In this document: in pieces, positions 46,600 to 53,543 of the stretch
Layout: the number at the start of each line of letters is the position of its first letter
Position numbering within the stretch: position 1 is the first letter of the stretch
NCBI RefSeq assembly: GCF_000143415.4
Contig: NW_003314310.1
Coordinates: forward strand, 134,461 to 188,003
DNA: 53,543 nt
Direction: 5' to 3'
Source: Selaginella moellendorffii
Lineage: Eukaryota; Plantae; Lycopodiophyta
Notes under the pieces: model-generated
Told to the model about the DNA's origin: nothing
What the model saw: the letters and a program-made list of their open reading frames with translations, nothing else
The model's database searches: none
Position numbers and translations under genes: made by a program

Positions 46600-47340
46600 A
46601 CCCAGGAAATGGAGGTCGCCAATCCGGAAAGTGCCGACAACGCCGATAAGTATGACCAACTTCATCACACGCCCAGCAACGAACATCACGGCCACAACCA
46701 CGTCCTCGCCCTTGTCCTTGGACTCAAGTAGCAGCAGCATCAACCTCCATTGGAACAGGACCATCACTCATAGGAAGTGGAGCGGAAGGACGTGCAGCGA
46801 GAAATGGAAGAGGCGACGTTTCATAACGTTGTGCCAAGCGAAGAGCATCGTCAAGGGTGGCAGGAGCAAGTGCATGCACAAGGCCGACAAGATCTTGACG
46901 AAGTGCTGGCCATAACATTCCTAGCTTGATCCGCTCCGACATATTGGGCTCCGCACGAAGCAAAAGACTTCGGAAACGAATGCTAAATTGCATCACTGAC
47001 TCAGATGGCCCTTGGCGAAGACGATGCAATTGTTGGAAGGCATCGTCACAATCGTCGGCATATCCGAAGGCGCGTTTGAAGACGTCTGAAAGAAGACTCC
47101 AATCCCCACGAGTGGCCGCACTCAAACCATTGTACCACTGCAATACCGTCCCTTGGAGACACATGGGAAACTCATGCAAACGTCAAGCATCATCCCAAGA
47201 ATGATATGTGGCAATCACTGTGAAGTGATCGAACCAATGGTACACATCATCCCCAGGATTCCCACGAAAGAACTCCGGCCGAACGCGAGGATTGGCACCA
47301 AGAGCAGGAGGAGTTGGACCACATGCCGTGAATGCCACCA
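46600..47340 (-). pseudogene. gag: gag of G with CCHC knuckle
   Basis: LQGTVLQWY...LRQGPSESVMQFSIRF...PVPMEVD, then CWACDEVGHTYRRC after a stop. Confidence 0.85.
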
Positions 47341-48424
47341 TCAATTGAGTTTAGTTGTTCAATTGTAAGCGCATAGCATCAAGCAATTGGACCAACTGCT
47401 GCTCTAGAGTCAAAGGAGGAGATTGCTGATCTGCCATGAAGATGGACGAAGAAAGAGCAAAAGAAGAGAAAAGACAAAAAATGAGAAGGAAATGGGAGAT
47501 CTAGACAATACAAAAAGCTAGATCTAAACCAAAATCCTAAAAGGGAAGAAAAAGAAAGGAAATGGAAAAAAGCTAGATCTAGACGATGCAAAAGCTAGAT
47601 CTAACCAAAATCCCAAATTCAAGCACTCATCAGGGACAATCAAAGGTGCCCCTCATCTCCACCAATGTGAGTGCATAGAATATGGAAAGGGAATATAGAA
47701 AATGTGCATATCAATTAGCCCAAAAACCCTAGCTTATATACAGGAGCGAGTGGTCCGGATTGAAACCAATCCAATGGCTACCAAAATCCCACTACGCTAA
47801 TATTAGTATACGGCATTATAGCCATACACTTGGCCCTCACAGTGTTATTTCTGAAGCCAAGATATATTACTTTCTTCTTTAGGATGGAGAGACTATTAAA
47901 ACCATAGCATATGTTAGCACACATGCATATCCAATACAGGAAAGAATGCAAAGGAGTTCACTGAATTTTTTCAAAGGTTATGTGTAGATAGAGATCATTT
48001 GAAACTCATCTACATCTCTAAAGCATATTCAGAAGACTGTGCTCAAGGATTTCATCACAAATACCCTACTTAATCTGGGTTGTTAGAAGACTCAACTGGA
48101 TGATGCTAATTTATGGGACTTGCTACAATCCATACAACCTGCTACTAGCTTTAGAAGGTAAGCAAATAATATTTTGTACTTTATAATCATATCTTTCCTA
48201 TATATTAATCTGATTTGTATGACTTTTTTCAGTGAGGGTTGTTTCTATACAAGTTATCCATAGAAGTTTGTTTCTAAACTAAGTTATTAGTCAATAAGCA
48301 AGCCCTTTTGTCTTGAAGATGTCTATAATGGGCTCTACCTCTAGTGTAGATTTTATCTCTCAAATAAATATATCTAGATCAAATGACCTTCCTAATAGAT
48401 AGACATATTTTTGTCAACTGGATT

Positions 48425-50400
48425 TTACTTATTTATTCTCTATAAAACCGTAGAGTCTAGTTTCAACATACTTGAAACTAGAAAAGAGCAAATGGGGTGG
48501 TGAGAGGGCCAGAGCCGAATTGAAGCTCAAGTTTGTATCACTTATGGTCCATGTGGTTGAAATCCCTAATGGGGAATTTGAGGGACTTGAGGAGGTATAC
48601 GTTCCATTGCTCCTGGACAAGTGGTGTTAGAGCCATAGTGGTGGTTTCCATGTTCATTCGTCTTTGCCAGCCTGGCTTCTGTGTCTAAAGAATGGCTAGA
48701 GAGCTTGTTCTTGAGCAATCTTTCCTTTGTTCCCTCTCTTTGTCAGTGTGGATGCCAATGCAACAATTAGGTATGACCAAACCTTTGAGATTGTTGCCTA
48801 AGCTGAGGGGTTCTTGTTGTTGAACACCTTGGTGTAGTGAGCTTTCCAGATCTCTGCTAGAGTACATCCCCTGAGGATATAAAAAAGCTCTTGATAGAGA
48901 TGTGTGAGGTGAGTTCACATCCGGTTGAGTTGGTCAAAGTGGGGGTGTTCATTGTGCCTCCATTTCCAGACGTTTGAACATTTTGTGTTCCCTTGCAGAA
49001 AGCTGCCCTATAGTGCTGATTCATAGATTACCGTTGTTCCTCCTTGAGATGTTTGCTTAAGGATTGCCATGGCTCCTTCCTAGACTTCTTGTGTTGTTGA
49101 GCACTCCCGTAATATTGGTCATTGTGTCTCCTTTTCTCCACATATGGTGCACGCCATGTTTGGGAAGTGTATTGCCACGAGTGAGGTCATTCCTACTAGG
49201 CCAGCCACATAAAGTAGTGGGTTTTGGCAGACCAGCAGCCTTTCCAGATCTTGTTCACACACTGTGAGTAGTTCTAGGGGAGGATCTATTGTGCTCTTGC
49301 TTTTTTGATAAAAGTGGACTGAGTTGGGGGGTGAATCATTCTTCAGCCGAACTTGGTTTTATACTGAAAGAATCCTTTGCATGTGTCCTTCCATTCCACA
49401 CTCTACTCGATCCAACTTTAGTTCTTCTAGAGTCTGGTTGCGAAACCAATAAAGTTGGGCATACTATCATTTCAAAATTGTTGGGTTTGTGCATGCTGTC
49501 TTCTTCTCCATTTGGATCATGTGGACAGGCTTGGCATTGGTCATATCTCGGAGTTTCTCATATTCTGGGTGATTATGGGCCCACATATCCCACCTCAAAG
49601 ATCAGGTTAGAGGCTCTACCAAGGGGGGTGCACAAATGAGTGTCATTTAACTTCCACCATCAATGGTCTAAAGTGTCGGGTATCTATAGTGTCTCAAGGC
49701 ACACTTGCTGGGCTTTGTGGAAGGTAGTTTGGAATTTTCACATGCTATGCTCTGAGACGTCTAGGCCATAAAAGGCTTTGATCCGGTCACAGTTGTTAGC
49801 CGTCTGCTGTTCTTGGATCATAGTATCAATCTTTGCAAATATGCACATACTCATTTTGCATAGGTCCCCGCAGGTTTGGTCTAGGCCTCGATCTTCCATT
49901 TCACTGAGCATTTTCCTTTGACCTGGAACCACTTGTTGATGAAGATTGGTTGTCGGTCCAGCTGTTCTTTGGACTGTAGTTGTTCTCACTATAGCTTACA
50001 TTTGAACTGGTTCCAGATCTTGAAGAGCTTCCTCATGAAAGTGCTGGCACCAAGCATTTTGAGTTTGGCATTTGAGAACAACCATTGTTCATCTAGTGCC
50101 TTGTCCTGTTGTGTGTGCTCTTGGCGATGTGGGAAAATCTTGAGGAACTGGTGGCATAAAAGTAGCCTCTACAGCTGGTTTCCTGGCATAAGCATCCACA
50201 TAAAGAGCTTGAAGAGGAGGGCCTTGCATTGTTCCTGGATGTTGATGATGTTCAGTTCTTCTTCATGCTTAGGCAGTATGACTGACCACCAGTCCACTTT
50301 AGCACCGCCCCGTGAGAAATAGGAGGAGCCTTTCCAGACATATGTCCTGATCAATTGGTTCATCTCATAGATCATCCTTTGATCTAGGGCATAGGCACAT
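48425..50400 (-). mobile_element. 5'-truncated decayed L1-like LINE (ORF2 C-terminal region and 3' UTR)
   Basis: IRTYVWKG...AKVDWWSVILPKHEEELNII...KALLFK is the post-RT motif. EIWKAHYTKVFN resembles the WxxRN..VF motif. A-rich 3' end at about 48425. Confidence 0.7.
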
Positions 50401-50415
50401 TTTGTCTAATGGGGC

Positions 50416-51000
50416 TTTTCATATTTATCCTCTTAAAAACTATAGGTCCAGTTTCGACATGCTCGAAACTGGAAAAGAGCATATGGGGTGGTGACAAAGG
50501 GGGGATCCCTGGAACTAGAGTTCGGTTATGTGCAGATTAGACCAAAGAACTAGAATCTGGTTCTGTGCCGCCCAGATCTATGCCACTCACTCCACAAACG
50601 TGTGCTCCCTATCCATACTAGTGGTGAACTTTGCACCTTATCCATGGTCCCCAGCCTTATCTCTCCCATGTGATTGCATCTACCGATGTGAAGGACTTGA
50701 GTTGATTGTGAGATCAGTAGAGGTACACCACCCTTGCTTGATCTCCATCTATATCCATCTCCTACAATTTCCTAGAGATATAAAAAGCCCTTGGAGATGT
50801 ACTGTCTTGGATCCCACAATGCAGTGAACTGAGGAGGAGTGTGCAATCTCTAGTAATGGTGATGCTACTACTGCCTGGAAGTCCTCTCCTCGCTGCTGAG
50901 TGACTGATCCCCTTCAATTGGAATTGCTGTTTCCAGCCTCACATCAGGTCGTGCAAGTGTAGTGCCGCCACGCCAGTCCCATGCCCTCATACCAGTATAG
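50416..51000 (-). mobile_element. Second, related LINE 3' fragment
   Basis: 50422-50495 is homologous to 48431-48505 (the 3' end with hairpin). Upstream extent uncertain. Confidence 0.55.
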
Positions 51001-51002
51001 CA

Positions 51003-53543
51003 GTTTGCCTAGTATTCAACTCCTTCTGTGTGAAAAGATACACAAGTGGTTTGTGATTTGTCAACATCACAAACACTGTACCATAAAGATAGTGCCACCA
51101 CGTCTGCAAAGCATGAAAAATAGAGAGTAACACTTGCTCATATGTGGAATAGCGTTGCTCTGCGGAATTCAAAGTTCGACTCTCATATGCAATAGGCTGT
51201 CCTTCTTGCATGAGAACTCCTCCCAGTGCATAACCACTCACATCGCATGTCACCTTGTAAAGTTTCGATGGATCAGCAATGCAAAGCATTGGAGTCTCGC
51301 TTAGCAATTGTTTCAGTGCCACAAAACTCTCCTCTTGTGGCTTCTTCCACTTGAATGGCATATTCTTGCGTAACAATTGCCTCAAAAGAATAACCACCTC
51401 TGCAAACTTATGCTGGAAACATTGGTAGTAACTAGCTATACCAAGAAAACTGCGCAACTCGGCCACTATACTCGGTGTAGGCTAATTTTCCACCATAGCC
51501 ACTTTCCTTGGATCCGTCTTAACACCCTTAGATGTCACAATATGGCCCAGATATTCCACCTCTGACTTTGCAAACTCACATTTGTTCTTCTTTGCATAAA
51601 GTTTGCTGTCTCGGAGTAACAAAAGAACCTTGCACAATGCACCTTATGCTCCTCCATATTCTTGCTAAAAACAAGAATATTGTCCAGGAAAATCTCCACA
51701 AACTCATGAAGATGACGCCCAAATACCTCCGTCATCAACTAAGTAAATGTGGCTAGTGCATTCGTAAAATCAAACGGCATAACTATAAACTCAAAATGTT
51801 CAAAGCTTGTGTTGAATGCCATCTTGGAGATACATGCATCATCCATTGCAATCTGATGATATCCACTCCTCAGATCAATCTTGGTAAACAGTCATGCTTC
51901 ACCAAGCTTGTCTAGGATATCATCCACATGTGGCATCGACATCTTATCCTTCACTATCTTCTTGTTCAAAGCGCGGTAGTCAATACACATTCGCATTAAA
52001 CCGTCCTTCTTCTACACAAGCAAGACCGAAGCACCAAATGGAGACTTACTTAGCTGAATAATTCCAAACTCAAATAACTCCTTGACTTATCGTTGAACTT
52101 CTTGCTCCTCCGCATAACTTAACCGAAATGGACGCCGGTAAATTGGCCGCGTCCCCAGCTCCAATGTAATCCCATGCTCCACACCTCGTAATGGAGGCAA
52201 CCTATGAGGAAATTCAGATGGAAAAGCATCAAAAAACTTGTCAAGTACATCCCGTACTATTGCTTCTCCCCCACACATGCCTTGGTCCCCCAAGTCACAA
52301 ACAAACAGCAAGTAACTCGAAAGTGCTTTTCCATTATGACAAGCCGCTTCAAAGATGTAGCAGAGAGCAGAACAACTGGTGGTTGAATGCCCTTGTCAAA
52401 CCACACATCTTTAACACCATCACACTCTAGCTAGACACGCTTAATACTCCACTTTATCTTTGAATCCACCTTCACCAACCATGGCATCCCAAAAATGAAA
52501 TCCACACGATGGATATCCACGAGATAAAAAGTCTCCAAAAGTGTGGTTTTGCTAACTAACACTTCCAGCTCCTTGACACAAGAATCGAAATGCTGAGTAG
52601 AGGTAGTTGCACCTTCCATCGTGTATGGAAGAACTCCACGTGTCACCAGGCCATGCTCCACAACAAACTTTGCCGAAACAAAGTTGTCATCGCTCCCACT
52701 ATCCAGTAAAATCCGCACTAGATCACCACGGAACACGCCCTCTAGCACTAAAGCTGATTCACGAGTATCCTCAAGCTCCATCTTGTTCCATACACAGTTG
52801 AGTTGACAAGCAATGATCAAAAGTCTCTTCCTCCGACCAGAATGGTTGTTTTCGTCATTCTCACACTGCAAAGTTTGCAACTTTTTAGTATCTGACTTAC
52901 CGTGAGTAGAAGATTGGCCATTCTTCTGGTCCTACTGCTTGTTCTTCAACTGTGGACAATCAACCTTGTAGTGTCCAAGTTCTCCACAATGATGACAACT
53001 TTGTCTATAATTCTTCACAAAGAACTTCTGCTTCTTAGACCCCTTTGCATCCGAAGTAGTCACCACTGACTTCAACTTGTGATGCTTGTTCCCATCCTTG
53101 TGTCCACGGCGATCATCACAACGATTCTCGACAAAAGGACTCCGCGAACGCTTGCGAGACTTGTGCTTGTCATTGTCAAGTCGACGAGCTGCATCAAAGA
53201 GCTCCTCCAAACTCTTTGTAGGCTGAGAATGACGCAAGTGGTGCCGCATGCTCTCACTATGTAGGCCATCAATGAAGTAGGACTTGTTCTGATCTGGATC
53301 CTTCGTTGGAACACGACTAATCAAGCGAATAAGCTTCTTAATAAAGTCCCTGAGTGTCATTTTCCCTCGCTGGAAATGTTGAAGTTCTGTACGAGCATTC
53401 TTCATGTCGTAATGAGGGGCAAAATGTAAACGGAAAGCAGCCTCAAACTCATCCATGGTAGACACTGGTGGTTTCTTATCCGCAACACAGGACTCCTCAA
53501 GCCAATTCCACCATCGAAAACCCACATCACACAAAACCATTGG
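51003..53543 (-). mobile_element. Element D3: third family-D copy (gag, PR, RT, RNase H), truncated in RNase H and running off the right edge
   Basis: Colinear with D1 7617-9698. gag ORF 52932-53540 contains CHHCGELGHYKVDC. LLDSGSDDNFVS. More stops than D1. Confidence 0.93.

Larger units (their letters stand above)
42681..47841 (-). mobile_element. Element G: full-length decayed Ty3/Gypsy, 176-bp LTRs, tRNA-Ala PBS, 4-bp TSD
   Basis: LTRs 42681-42856 and 47666-47841 differ by about 11 substitutions by eye. TSD GTGT (42677-42680 and 47842-47845). PBS tggtggagatgagggg 47649-47664. Purine-rich gagaggacgggatga precedes the 3' LTR. Confidence 0.93.
42340..48160 (+). pseudogene. Decayed coding sequence for a Cys/His-rich (GCM/WRKY-like) domain, interrupted by element G; coding parts about 42340-42680 and 47846-48160
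   Basis: LLSTYNGNIFFELLP...METKQKFHNWCK...YGGYLDY...FNCRFCKNTSLYCV|ISEAKIYYF...YVSTHAYP. The frame is restored across G when one 4-bp TSD copy is removed. Family assignment is from recalled resemblance only. Confidence 0.5.

Noticed and set aside
1-53543. CRISPR array, prokaryotic operon or intact host gene
   Set aside because: No repeat-spacer periodicity. All recognisable ORFs are TE-derived or decayed, and most short ORFs in the track are antisense or off-frame shadows of pol.

Overview
This is a plant nuclear heterochromatin-like window, most likely from a fern or lycophyte (inferred from the element types, not proven). It consists almost entirely of nested, decayed transposable elements, has no intact host gene that I can support, and contains one 800-N gap. 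Element letters are my own labels. Contents: (i) a chromovirus-like Ty3/Gypsy family D in three copies: D1 5859-10765 near full-length, D2 16422-41762 as the outer shell of a 4-layer nest, D3 51003-end. (ii) tRNA-Trp-primed Tat-like non-chromovirus elements: A1 1-1921, A3 18994-41332 with an extra RNase H upstream of RT, B 19863-33612, and related fragments E and F. (iii) a 7.3-kb apparently non-coding LTR element C (23199-30502, perfect TCAGT TSD). (iv) a three-LTR tandem Cassandra (5S-derived TRIM) split by a 2.1-kb inversion. (v) a tRNA-Ala-primed Gypsy G (42681-47841, 4-bp TSD) with animal-like pol motifs. (vi) two LINE 3' ends sharing a covarying hairpin. (vii) remnants of a zf-BED domain, a GCM/WRKY-like Zn domain and a captured PPR fragment. 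The most unusual signal is that the A and B elements have no polypurine tract before the 3' LTR. They carry a conserved motif there instead, which in A3 includes an 11-nt complement of the tRNA-Trp anticodon arm.
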